Part shown: positions 41,011 to 50,917 of the stretch, in pieces
Layout of the letters: every line of letters begins with the position of its first letter
How positions within the stretch are numbered: position 1 is the first letter of the stretch
DNA from: Candidatus Babeliales bacterium
Lineage (GTDB): Bacteria; Babelota; Babeliae; Babelales; JANWKD01
Reading direction: 5' to 3'
Assembly (NCBI GenBank): GCA_963762115.1
Contig: CAVXJH010000003.1
Span: forward strand, 512,001-576,000
Length of the DNA stretch: 64,000 nucleotides
Program-made: the position numbers and the translations under genes
The notes under the pieces: model-generated
The model's input: only the letters and a program-made list of their open reading frames with translations
Told to the model about the DNA's origin: nothing
Databases searched by the model: none

Positions 41011-42443
41011 ATGAATTTTAAAAAATTATTTTTTATTTTGTTTTATTTTGTACTACTACAAAATTTTAACCTCAATGGCATGGAAAGAACATCACTCTAT
41101 GAAATTTTAGAAGTAAACAAAAATGCAACACCCGCAGAAATTAAAAAAGCATATTTCAAGTTAGCTAGACAATGGCATCCCGACAAATGGGAAGATAAAG
41201 CAAAGGAAGAAAGAGATGTCGCGGAAGAAAAATTCAAAGAAATTTCTAGCGCCTACGAAATATTAAGTGATGAACAAAAAAGAAAACACTATGACAAATT
41301 TGGTGGTAAAGCCAAGGAAGAAGGGTCTTCACAAGAAAAAGCAAACCAACTAAATGAACAACTTGATGCCCTGAAAAATATACTCGACTACCAACAACAA
41401 TTTGTGCTACTCGATGTAATACTTAATAATCTCGCTAACATATATGATGAAAATCTTGATAACAGAGCTTTGAATGCAACATATGATTTAGCAAATGACT
41501 ATTTCAGAAAACAAGAATATGATAAGGCGTATCAACTGTTACAATTGGGTATCGACAATGCCATTTACTTGCATTATCCAGCTCAATATGACCGATTCAT
41601 GCAAGCATATTCTTATCTTGAAGAAACTGCAAAGCGAACACCACAAAGACAATTTATACCCAAACCTCAAAAAGGTGAACACTATGCAAATATACATTTA
41701 ACTGACTTTAAACATGCAAATAAAGATACGCCTGAAAGCAAAGAATATTTTCTCAAACAGGCCCTCGATGCCACTGAAGGTATTTTTATTTCTAAAGAAT
41801 TGATGCAACGTTTTATTGAAGCATTCAAAGAACTTATTCAAATCTATCAAAAAAAAATAATACTGAAAAAGTAAACCAATACACAGAAATAATGTCTACA
41901 AAAATAGAAGAATGGAAAGATCTACAAGCTGAAGAATTGGAACAAAATAAATCACACAAAGAAAAGATGATAAAAGAATATGGAGAACAAGTTCGAAAAA
42001 TGAATGAACAAGAAGCAAACACTTCAGTTAAGCGAAAATTATTTGATTTTTTTGAATCACCGGTAACAGAAACCAAAGAATGGTATATTGACCACGTTCT
42101 CATTGCACTCAACCATTTCAAACCTTCTAGTCCAACCATAAAAAAAAGCATTCTGGATGCCCTCAAAGGGCTTATTCAAATCTATCAAAAAGAAAATAAT
42201 TCTGAAAAAACAAAGCAATATGCAAAAATAGGATTAGCAAAAGCACAAGAATGGAGTTTTGAATCATTTGAAAAAGAATTTGAAACTATTTTACAAGAGA
42301 AAAAACCTGCCGCAAAACCCCATCGCGAAGAAAAAAAACCGCAACAACCAAAACAAGAACCATTAAAAACAGAGTTAACAAAAAAATTGCAGGAATTATA
42401 CACTACGTTAAAACAATTAGAAATGGCTTTAAACAACAAATAA
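41011..42443 (+). pseudogene. Secreted J-domain protein split by a 1-nt frameshift in an A9 tract (ORFs 41011-41874 and 41892-42443)
   Basis: LYEILEV...WHPDK...[13 protein letters not shown]; adding one A at 41849-41857 gives [12 protein letters not shown], matching the internal repeat QKENNSEKTKQY. Confidence 0.75.
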
Positions 42444-42754
42444 TTAACCTAAAGATTATTAAATAGTCGCACATCAACAAGAAAAAATAGTTGATTAAAG
42501 CCACGAAAATTCTCGAAGTGGTATATTTTCTATAAAAGTGGCACGGCCTGTGCTACTTTTTCACTTGTAGAAGATTATTATATAGGTTTGCCCTGAAAAA
42601 ACCCTTTAGAACCCTTGCTTTTTTGAAGGCAAATCTGTTACGCTTAAAATAATAATATTCTATAAATTACTCTCGAACTCCAATAATCATTATGTTAATT
42701 TTTTACCACTTGCATACAATTGCAAATATTTTTTAATAATCAAGGAGAAATCTC

Positions 42755-43234
42755 ATGAAAAAACTTATTATTGCAGCGATGCTGCTTTTAATCAATGGCG
42801 TATCAGTAAATCTTATTAATGCACAAACCGTTATACCAAAAACTCCAGCAATACCTGCCATTCCAGAAACTGCGAAAGAGTATTGCGTGGTTTTACAAGA
42901 AGTGCAACAAGCATTTGATAATAAAAAAGCCAAAGAATATATAAACCAACTTGCTAAAGAGCAAAAAGAAAACGAAGCTAAAACAAAAGAAGCAACAACA
43001 AAGAAAGAAAAAGAAGAAGCAGCAAAAAAAGCTCTCGATCTCGAAACAAAGGCACAATTAGTTAATGCAATTGCGAAAAATATCTCAGACCAAATAGCAC
43101 TCGATGTAGTTGGACGCAAAAAAACTCAAGCAGAACAATCAAAAGCAAAAGAAGAACATCAAGAAGCCCAAGACCTTGCTGATGCTGCAAAAGTTACTGC
43201 TAGAACTGCTGTAAAAGCTGTTATTGTGCAATAA
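42755..43234 (+). CDS. Secreted Ala/Lys/Glu-rich protein
   Basis: aaggag RBS, signal peptide. Confidence 0.75.
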   Translation: MKKLIIAAMLLLINGVSVNLINAQTVIPKTPAIPAIPETAKEYCVVLQEVQQAFDNKKAKEYINQLAKEQKENEAKTKEATTKKEKEEAAKKALDLETKAQLVNAIAKNISDQIALDVVGRKKTQAEQSKAKEEHQEAQDLADAAKVTARTAVKAVIVQ

Positions 43235-43305
43235 ACATCAGAAAATATTAATACAAGGGCTCTTGTTCTATACTTGAGCCCTTGATTCCATAAAAAGGAG
43301 CTCTC

Positions 43306-43722
43306 ATGTTTAAACAAAAAATTATGGTAGTTTTATGCCTATTCACTCTTATTCCATTTAACTTAAAAACAGCAATGGTCACCAAACAAGAATGTGTCGA
43401 CAGAATTGAACAATTTAAAAAAAGTGAAAATACATTAAATGCATATCTTACAGACATTCGCAATGATTTTAACAACTTTGAAAATGAAGTTAAAAATATA
43501 GTAACCCGTGCAAAAACAACCGTTGAAAAAATTGGTGGCAACGCGCAAGCAAAATCTTATAAAGAATTCGCTACGCTAAAAAAGAAATTGAAAAACAAAA
43601 TTCGTGCATTCGAAACAATACTAAATGACCATGTTTTTATGATATTAATGATCGAAGATTGCTACTTTAATCGATTAATAAGTCGTGAAAAATATGAAAA
43701 CCTATTTCAATTAAACCAATAA
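43306..43722 (+). CDS. Secreted helical hypothetical protein
   Basis: aaggag RBS, signal LKTA-MV. Confidence 0.7.
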   Translation: MFKQKIMVVLCLFTLIPFNLKTAMVTKQECVDRIEQFKKSENTLNAYLTDIRNDFNNFENEVKNIVTRAKTTVEKIGGNAQAKSYKEFATLKKKLKNKIRAFETILNDHVFMILMIEDCYFNRLISREKYENLFQLNQ

Positions 43723-43735
43723 AGGAGATAATCTA

Positions 43736-44356
43736 ATGAAAAAACTTATTATTGCAGCGATGCTGCTTGTATTAAATATAATACCGTTAAATTTCATTAA
43801 TGCTGTTGAAACAATAAGCCCTAAAGCTAAGGCGGCATTTGATCAGATAACTAAAGTTTGGAACTCCAATGAAAAAAACTTAAGAGACTTTGATAGAAAT
43901 GTCATTAATAATGGCATAAACAATATCAGTGAAACAATAAATAAATCATTACAAAACATCAATACTCAAATTTCACTAGCAGAAATTCTTAATTTAATAA
44001 AAACCCTAAAGGATCAAAAAACAACTCTTAAACCTATTTCAACAACATTATCAAATGAAACATCGCAGGCTCTCAAAAATATTTTTAATGCAACAAAAGA
44101 TTTCTATAAAAAACTTATTGAAACACAAAAAATTGTCGTAAAGGCACAGGCTGAACCAGAGCTGATTGGCAATATGACAAGTTTTGATAAACTGGCACAA
44201 GGTATTTTGGTTATTATCAAAAGTGCCGTTGAAGATCATAATGCCAATCCTGCATTGTTACCTTTAAAGCTTACTAATAAAGAAAAGGAGCAAGAAAAAA
44301 AGGCTTTTGATGAGTTAAAAAATACAAAATTATATGAAGTAATTATCAAAAAATAA
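43736..44356 (+). CDS. Secreted helical hypothetical protein
   Basis: First 11 codons identical to those of 42755. Confidence 0.75.
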   Translation: MKKLIIAAMLLVLNIIPLNFINAVETISPKAKAAFDQITKVWNSNEKNLRDFDRNVINNGINNISETINKSLQNINTQISLAEILNLIKTLKDQKTTLKPISTTLSNETSQALKNIFNATKDFYKKLIETQKIVVKAQAEPELIGNMTSFDKLAQGILVIIKSAVEDHNANPALLPLKLTNKEKEQEKKAFDELKNTKLYEVIIKK

Positions 44357-44455
44357 ATCAAGTCAAAATACATCTTTTAAAAGTAGCACAGGTTGTGCTA
44401 CTTTTTTTGCATTCTAAAAAAATATATTAAAGCTTATGCAGTTACTTTGAAAAGA

Positions 44456-46339
44456 TTAGCTCAAAATCACCAACGCATTCGGATCATAGCGATTATCAAG
44501 AATCTCACCAGTTTTGGCATGCACACAATATTCTTTAAGCGAAGGATCATAGGAAAATTTTTTCTTGCCAAAAGGTATCGACATATACAATTTCTTCCAA
44601 ATAGGAAATGCCGTTCGTATAGCATACACATTATTGCCCAGTGACTCATTTTCATCACAACCAATATAAACACCGGTGATCAATTCTGGCGTCGCACCAA
44701 TAAACAAACATGTTCTTGAATCATTATTTGTTCCTGTTTTACCGATTGCCTCTGAATCGATCCACTGAGACCCATTACGTTTTTGTGCACGATCCATACC
44801 AATACTTAATACCTTTACCACCTGACCATTCACGCGAGAATTCAAAGCGGTTTCTTGATGCGGATGCACGGTAAAAATCTTGTGACCCCATTCATCTTTT
44901 ATCCAACGAATATAATGTGGTTCTATATAAATACCGTTATTGGCATATACATTAAACATACCAACAGCATCTTTAAGAGTACCATCAACACACCCAAGTG
45001 CTAATGATGGATATGGGTGCAAGGTCGCTTTTATGCCAAAACGAGGAACCATATTCATCACTTTTTCATAACCAACTGATAATAACGTTTTTATTGCAAT
45101 AATATTGTTTGAATATGCAAGCGCACGAGCTAATGTCATTTCACCTTCAAATTTACGATTATGATTTCTAGGATTCCATGTGTTAAGGTGAATAGGTTCA
45201 TCAATTTCTGTTTGTGCAAAATGCGCTCCTTCTTCAATTGCTGCAGCATAAATAAGAGGTTTAAAAGTAGAACCCATTTGTCGGCGAGCTTGCAAAGCTC
45301 GACTAAATTTAGAAACAGAAAAATCAAAACCGCCGATAAGAGCTTTGATATAACCCGTTTTCACCTCCATTGAAATTAAAGCACCATCAACTACAGGATT
45401 TTTTTTACGCAAGAGGATAATTTGTTCTTTGAACGCATTTTCTGCTACCTGCTGAATAGCACGATTCAACGTGGTTTGTACAACATAACCGCCGGTATAT
45501 ATTTTTTTCTTGCCAACAATTTCTTCTAATGCCATGCGAACTGCTTCTTTTAAATGCGGTGCGCACAAATCAGTTTCATGCACCACAAGATGAACCTCAT
45601 TCAATTTTGCTTGTGCGTATTCTTCTTGTGTTATAAACTTCTGCTGCAGCATTGAATGTAAAACAACATTTCTTCGCTTTTGTGCCGATAAAGGATATTT
45701 GAGAGGACAATAGTGAGAAGGATTTTTAACAATACCCGCCAATAATGCAGCTTGATCAAGCGAAATTCCAGCGGCTGATTTACCCCAAAACCGTTGGCTC
45801 GCGGCTTCAACGCCATAAATACCAAAACCAAAAAAAACATGATTAAGATATGTTTGCAAAATATGCTCTTTGCTAAATTGCTGCTCAACAACTAATGCAA
45901 ACAATTGATCTTTTATTTTGCGCATAAAAGTACGTTTTGAATCAGTAAAAAGTAATTTTACCAATTGCTGCGTTATAGTGCTTGCGCCCTGCACAATTCT
46001 TCCGTGATACATGTTAATACATAATGACCGAAGAATACCTTTCCAAGAAATACCGTGATGTTGGAAAAATGCATGATCTTCAGCAGCAACAAATGCTTGA
46101 ATAAGATGTGGGGACATTTGCTGCAATGATATTGGCAAACGGCGATCCAAAGCAAATCGCGCCCATTCATTACCTTGATCATCGAGCAACACCGTTGGCT
46201 TTCCAGGATTATATTGTTCCAAAACACTCAAATCAATAACGGTGTTTTGCACAAAAAAGAAGAATGAGCCCATCAAACAGGAGAACAATAAACTATTTAT
46301 AATAAGAAAAGTTCTAATAATTGACATAACGTTTAACAT
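44456..46339 (-). CDS. Class A penicillin-binding protein (PBP1A family)
   Basis: EDHAF..HHG, QGASTITQQL, STFK, SNN, KTGT. Confidence 0.93.
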   Translation of the reverse strand: MLNVMSIIRTFLIINSLLFSCLMGSFFFFVQNTVIDLSVLEQYNPGKPTVLLDDQGNEWARFALDRRLPISLQQMSPHLIQAFVAAEDHAFFQHHGISWKGILRSLCINMYHGRIVQGASTITQQLVKLLFTDSKRTFMRKIKDQLFALVVEQQFSKEHILQTYLNHVFFGFGIYGVEAASQRFWGKSAAGISLDQAALLAGIVKNPSHYCPLKYPLSAQKRRNVVLHSMLQQKFITQEEYAQAKLNEVHLVVHETDLCAPHLKEAVRMALEEIVGKKKIYTGGYVVQTTLNRAIQQVAENAFKEQIILLRKKNPVVDGALISMEVKTGYIKALIGGFDFSVSKFSRALQARRQMGSTFKPLIYAAAIEEGAHFAQTEIDEPIHLNTWNPRNHNRKFEGEMTLARALAYSNNIIAIKTLLSVGYEKVMNMVPRFGIKATLHPYPSLALGCVDGTLKDAVGMFNVYANNGIYIEPHYIRWIKDEWGHKIFTVHPHQETALNSRVNGQVVKVLSIGMDRAQKRNGSQWIDSEAIGKTGTNNDSRTCLFIGATPELITGVYIGCDENESLGNNVYAIRTAFPIWKKLYMSIPFGKKKFSYDPSLKEYCVHAKTGEILDNRYDPNALVILS

Positions 46340-46384
46340 TAATTTTATAGTGATAAATAATTAGTAAAATAACCAAAATAATCA

Positions 46385-46801
46385 AAATGTCATTGCGAGG
46401 CACATTGTGCCGTGGCAACCCAGCTTATAAAATTCTATTTATTTTTCCTTATTAAGTTGTTCATATAAATCAAACCAACAAGGGTTTATTGATTCAATAA
46501 GCTTCAATTTTTTTGTTCTTGATCCAGACTTTATTTGTTTCTCTCGTTCAATTGCTTTTAACATATCTTCATAAAGCTCATAATATACAAGTAATTTACA
46601 ACTGTATTGCTTTGTAAAGCCGTCAATCATATTATTCTTGTGCTGAAAGACTCTTTGAAAAAGATTAGAAGTTACACCCGTATAAAGTGCACCATTTCTT
46701 TCATTTGTCATAATATATACAGCTGCTTGTTTCATATGAATCTCATAGTAGAATTTTATAAGCTGGGTTGCCACGGCACAATGTGCCTCGCAATGACATT
46801 T
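46385..46801 (-). mobile_element. REP-bracketed GIY-YIG cassette 2 (53-bp perfect inverted repeats)
   Basis: 46385-46437 and 46749-46801 are exact reverse complements; hairpin ggcacattgtgcc. Confidence 0.8.
46439..46735 (-). CDS. Stand-alone GIY-YIG nuclease, 98 aa (79/98 identical to 20988)
   Basis: MKQAAVYIMTN...LYTGVT...AIEREKQIK; the longer ORF call merely reads through the repeat. Confidence 0.92.
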   Translation of the reverse strand: MKQAAVYIMTNERNGALYTGVTSNLFQRVFQHKNNMIDGFTKQYSCKLLVYYELYEDMLKAIEREKQIKSGSRTKKLKLIESINPCWFDLYEQLNKEK

Positions 46802-46931
46802 CGATTTCAATATTTTTGTTGTTAGCGTAAACATGATTGTTAACATGACAAAGGGTCGCCTAAGCGACCCTTATAATAATTATTTTATTAATTGTTGTTA
46901 AGCGTGACAGTCATTTACTGCCTACAATTAA

Positions 46932-47357
46932 TTAATATACAAACTTTGTTTCTTCTTGCTCATCTTCAACACCAAAGAAAGCTCTGAATGCTGGGCAAGT
47001 TTTCCAAAGAACCGCAAAACCAACTACTGCAGATACACCAACTACAACAAGTTTATGATCTGTGCACCATTGTTTTGCTTGAGCAAATGTTGGAACGTAT
47101 GATTTTTTTGCAACAACTGGTTTAACTTCTTCTGCAGGTTGTGCAGCACCTGTTGTTACCACAGGGGTTTCTGCTGGAGCTGCTGGTGTTGCTACTGAAG
47201 CGTCAACAACAGGAGCTTCTGGAAGTTGAACTGCTGGAGCTACTACTTCTACTGAAGTTGGAACAACGGGGGTAACTGCTGTTGTTACTTCTTCTGCGCG
47301 AAGATATGTACCAGCAAACAACATAGCACTTAATGCTAGAGTAATTTGTTTTTTCAT
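46932..47357 (-). CDS. Exported Pro/Ala/Val-rich protein with C-terminal TM helix
   Basis: aggag RBS, signal peptide, low-complexity linker; terminator at 46851-46872. Confidence 0.75.
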   Translation of the reverse strand: MKKQITLALSAMLFAGTYLRAEEVTTAVTPVVPTSVEVVAPAVQLPEAPVVDASVATPAAPAETPVVTTGAAQPAEEVKPVVAKKSYVPTFAQAKQWCTDHKLVVVGVSAVVGFAVLWKTCPAFRAFFGVEDEQEETKFVY

Positions 47358-47482
47358 TGAATGTGAACTCCTAAAAATAAAGATGAATCAAACTTAACAA
47401 CTGGATAAAAATGTACTTGAATAATATTATTTGTCAATATAAGATTATTAAAATGGCAAAAAATGCAGAAGGAGTCGTCGCC

Positions 47483-47935
47483 ATGAATGCTATCATAACA
47501 CTATTCATTTTTTTATTTTTCTTTCTTGATGTAACACTTGCAGGTTTTTTTAATTACCATTTTTTCTATTTAATTGGTTGTTTATATTATGCAACATTAT
47601 TTTTTTCGCAAAATTATCTATCTTTGATGATAGCTCTTATGCCAATGCTTTTGCTGGAAGAATTTCTTATTGATGGTCGTTTTGGCATACATCTTTTATA
47701 TATTTTACCAATAACACTCATTGTGTGTTATATAAGACCATTTTTTCGCCAAGATTCAATCCTTATGCCATGCCTCTCATTAACGTTCTTTCTCATTATT
47801 AAGACTTTCTTTAAAAGAGGGTCTTTATTCTCGGGCACCTATATTTTTTTTGAAATTTGTGTTAATATCATAGTGTTAATTATTTTCTTGAAATATATAG
47901 TTAAAGGTAGACTAGGCAATCGCTTGTATGCATAA
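47483..47935 (+). CDS. Multi-pass membrane protein (possibly MreD-like)
   Basis: About five TM helices; aggag RBS; family assignment uncertain. Confidence 0.55.
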   Translation: MNAIITLFIFLFFFLDVTLAGFFNYHFFYLIGCLYYATLFFSQNYLSLMIALMPMLLLEEFLIDGRFGIHLLYILPITLIVCYIRPFFRQDSILMPCLSLTFFLIIKTFFKRGSLFSGTYIFFEICVNIIVLIIFLKYIVKGRLGNRLYA

Positions 47936-48256
47936 TACAAGAGGAAAGTCCGGACTCCAAACGAACTAAGTACCTTAGGAGAACTTGTTTCAACTAAGGG
48001 GGATGTAAATCCATGGAAAGTGCCACAGAAAATAACCGCCACTCTTGAAAAAGAATGGTAAGGGTGAAAACGCGTGGTAAGAGCACACGAATTATTATAG
48101 CAATATAATAATGGGGTAAACCCTACTTGGAGCAAGACAAAATAGGCATGTTCGGTTGTTCGTTCCGGTTTAAACATGCGGGTATGTCGCCTAGATAAAT
48201 GATTGTCATTTTTAATGTTCGCATTAAAAAACAGAATCCGGCTTATTGTCTACCTT
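47904..48256 (+). ncRNA. rnpB: RNase P RNA
   Basis: gaggaaagtccggactc, gaaagtgccacagaaaa, agggtgaaa...ggtaagagc, gagcaagac, acagaatccggctta; P1 aaggtagac/gtctacctt. Confidence 0.97.
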
Positions 48257-48276
48257 ACCTATTTTTAGAAATACCT

Positions 48277-48975
48277 ATGACAAAAAAATTCTTCTGGCTC
48301 GTTCCTTTTCTCTGTTTTATATGCACCTATTTTATGTTACATAAAATTTTCAGCATAGCTCCTTTTACCACGCCCAGTGTTGTTGGTAAACCTATTCAAG
48401 AAGCGCTTACCATTCTTTCAGGACACACCCTCAATAGTCGCCTCATCTCCCAAACAGAAGATAATGATCTTCCTGCTGGCATTATTCTCAGCCAACAACC
48501 ACTTGCCAATCAACAAGTGCGTCCTTATCAAACGATTTTTTTGACCATTTCAAAGCGAAAAGATAGGATTCCTGCGCCAGATTTAGCGCATAAAACAATA
48601 AATACTCTTAAAACCATTCTTGAGAAAGACGGAATCAGCTTTAAATTCTACGGACTCATGAGCACAAATCCCCAAAATAGTTGTATTGCTCAAATACCAC
48701 AACCAGCAGAATTGTTAAGTGAAGATAAAAAAATGATTATCTACAGTTCACTTGGCATCAACAAACCCGTAATTTTACCATCATTCAAATCATGTGCAGC
48801 TGATGAAGTTGTACAATTTTTAACAAATAATACTATTAAAACAACAATCTTTCACGCTAAACCAGTTCCTGATGAGCATCGTTGTTTATTTTGCAAAGTT
48901 GTTGAACAAAAGCCCCTTGCCGGTTCTCTTATTGACCTAAAAAAACCACTTACCGTACAATTATATGTTCGATAA
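48277..48975 (+). CDS. Membrane-anchored PASTA-domain protein
   Basis: PSVVGK...A..IL...GIILSQQP, three PASTA-like repeats. Confidence 0.8.
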   Translation: MTKKFFWLVPFLCFICTYFMLHKIFSIAPFTTPSVVGKPIQEALTILSGHTLNSRLISQTEDNDLPAGIILSQQPLANQQVRPYQTIFLTISKRKDRIPAPDLAHKTINTLKTILEKDGISFKFYGLMSTNPQNSCIAQIPQPAELLSEDKKMIIYSSLGINKPVILPSFKSCAADEVVQFLTNNTIKTTIFHAKPVPDEHRCLFCKVVEQKPLAGSLIDLKKPLTVQLYVR

Positions 48976-48987
48976 ATTGCACAAAAG

Positions 48988-49686
48988 TTATTGAATATCT
49001 TCTAAAACATTGTGCAGTTGCACAAGTGCATGATTTAAATCGCGCAAATTTGATATAAGCGATGAAGAAGAAATACTCGCAATTGGCTGAGGAGCTAACA
49101 CACATGTTACAGGCTTTTCTTGTGGTAATGGTTTTGGCACTGATGGCTGAATTTGAATAACAGGTTTTTTTTGTGATGGATTTTTCAAGAGATTAACAAT
49201 ATCTGCATATCCTAATTTTTCTGCAAGCTGCAACGGTGTTAAATAAAAATTAGAAAGTTTCTTATTCATCTCAAAAAAAATTGATGGAACCTTAAAACCC
49301 CATAAATTCGTATAAATAGTTGGCATCTGTACATCTGTTTTTTTATTTATATCAACACCCTGATCTATCAAAAAACCAACTATTTCAAGATGATTACCAA
49401 TTATCGCAGCTGTTAATGCATTCCATATTGGAGGGTTTCTACCCGCGACATAAATCCCTTCATTAATATTCTTAACGTGTGGAAAATATTCCTTAACTCG
49501 CTCAAGATCACCCATTAAAGCCGCAACTATAAACCAACGATGAGCTTTATGCTCAGGAAGCATTGGCGTCGTAGGAACATCAGGCCAAAAATCTCCCCAC
49601 ATTGGTACAATGTTTTCTAAATGCGGATCCATTGTAAAAGAAATCATGACCTTACTTACTAAAATGCATAATATTATTTTTTTCAT
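48988..49686 (-). CDS. Secreted ankyrin-repeat protein
   Basis: NALTAAIIGNHLEIVGFLIDQGVDIN, TPLQLA. Confidence 0.8.
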   Translation of the reverse strand: MKKIILCILVSKVMISFTMDPHLENIVPMWGDFWPDVPTTPMLPEHKAHRWFIVAALMGDLERVKEYFPHVKNINEGIYVAGRNPPIWNALTAAIIGNHLEIVGFLIDQGVDINKKTDVQMPTIYTNLWGFKVPSIFFEMNKKLSNFYLTPLQLAEKLGYADIVNLLKNPSQKKPVIQIQPSVPKPLPQEKPVTCVLAPQPIASISSSSLISNLRDLNHALVQLHNVLEDIQ

Positions 49687-49759
49687 ACTTAATCCTCATA
49701 CTAAAAAAATATTTTTATGCATTCATCATAAATTTAATAATTTGTACAAATCAAGAGAA

Positions 49760-49929
49760 CTACAATTTGTACAAAACATCAGATAAATCTTTCTTTGCAA
49801 AAAGAACATCATAAACGTTAGAAAATAGCGGCACTGTTATTGCATGCGCAACAATAAGTTGCTGCACAATCTTTCATGCAAAATCAGTGCCTGATGAGCA
49901 TCGTTGTTTATTTTGCAAATTCGATAAAT
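49760..49929. pseudogene. Chimeric remnant: diverged gpsA 3' end (49760-49866) joined to PASTA-gene 3' end (49866-49929)
   Basis: Aligns to 50918-51024 and to 48844-48897 plus 48968-48977. Confidence 0.85.
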
Positions 49930-50008
49930 ATTTTTCAAAAATTATTGCTTAAGAACAAACAATGTTCATACAATAAATCCTGACGCGTATTTTTTTACGG
50001 GAGAATTA

Positions 50009-50905
50009 ATGAAAACAGCTCTTCAAAAATGTTGTATAGTGCTTTTGTTGTTGCACACATCACTTACAAGTTGCATGGAACAACCTGAACGAAAATTAAC
50101 CTATGAATTAGTACAATTAACTGAAATATTAGATGCACTAGAAAAAAAATTACAAAAAAATATCACGTCACCATTAGAATCATTACCTAACGAAATTATC
50201 GCTCAGATTATTGAAACTAAAATTCCTAAAAAATTCCAACATGCTAGTGAAATAATCAACGCCATTAGCATGCAATCATTGAGCAATACCAATAAAATGA
50301 TGAAGGAACAATTTGGTGATTATATAAAAACAAAATTAAGTGAAGCGCTAAAAGCAAGTAAAAATATCTATAAAGAACTTGATCCGGACCGTTTTGGTCT
50401 AATACAACCGCGTATCCCCGGCCGACTTCCCTATAAAAATAAGATAAGAATAGTAGATAAAGCATTATTAAAAGCATTCAAAAAAAATAACTTCACCGTT
50501 ATGAAATTTTTACTTGAAAATGGTGCAGACATCGAGGCTAGATATAAAACGCCAATTGATCCTCAAGATAAAAATCCTTTTTTTGAATACTTTACTTTAC
50601 TTATGCTTGCGCTGCACCAAAAAGATATACGCAAAGTAAACTTTTTACTTTCTTTTATTAAAAACAGAGATGAAAGCTCTCTTTTAAATGATTCAAGCAA
50701 CAATAAAACACCACTTTATATAGCAATACAAGCTAACTTTAAGGAAGGCATTGAAGCACTATTTAAAGCAGCTCAAAAAAATAACATCAGTGAATTAAAT
50801 GTAGGAATATTGCCTCAAGAAAAATTCATACAAGCTCGTAATACTTTAGAGCCCTTCATTAAAAAATATAAGGTAGGAATAGGAAAACATCTTAGGTATG
50901 ATTAA
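50009..50905 (+). CDS. Secreted F-box-like plus ankyrin protein
   Basis: LESLPNEIIAQII; KFLLENGADI; KTPLYIAI. Confidence 0.75.
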   Translation: MKTALQKCCIVLLLLHTSLTSCMEQPERKLTYELVQLTEILDALEKKLQKNITSPLESLPNEIIAQIIETKIPKKFQHASEIINAISMQSLSNTNKMMKEQFGDYIKTKLSEALKASKNIYKELDPDRFGLIQPRIPGRLPYKNKIRIVDKALLKAFKKNNFTVMKFLLENGADIEARYKTPIDPQDKNPFFEYFTLLMLALHQKDIRKVNFLLSFIKNRDESSLLNDSSNNKTPLYIAIQANFKEGIEALFKAAQKNNISELNVGILPQEKFIQARNTLEPFIKKYKVGIGKHLRYD

Positions 50906-50917
50906 TGATAGTTGTTA

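Noticed and set aside
46736..46846. N-terminal extension of the second GIY-YIG ORF
   Set aside because: It translates the REP; the paralogue starts at MKQ.
47839..48177. 112-aa minus-strand ORF, and the extended 48199 start of the PASTA gene
   Set aside because: Both lie on or antisense to the RNase P RNA.
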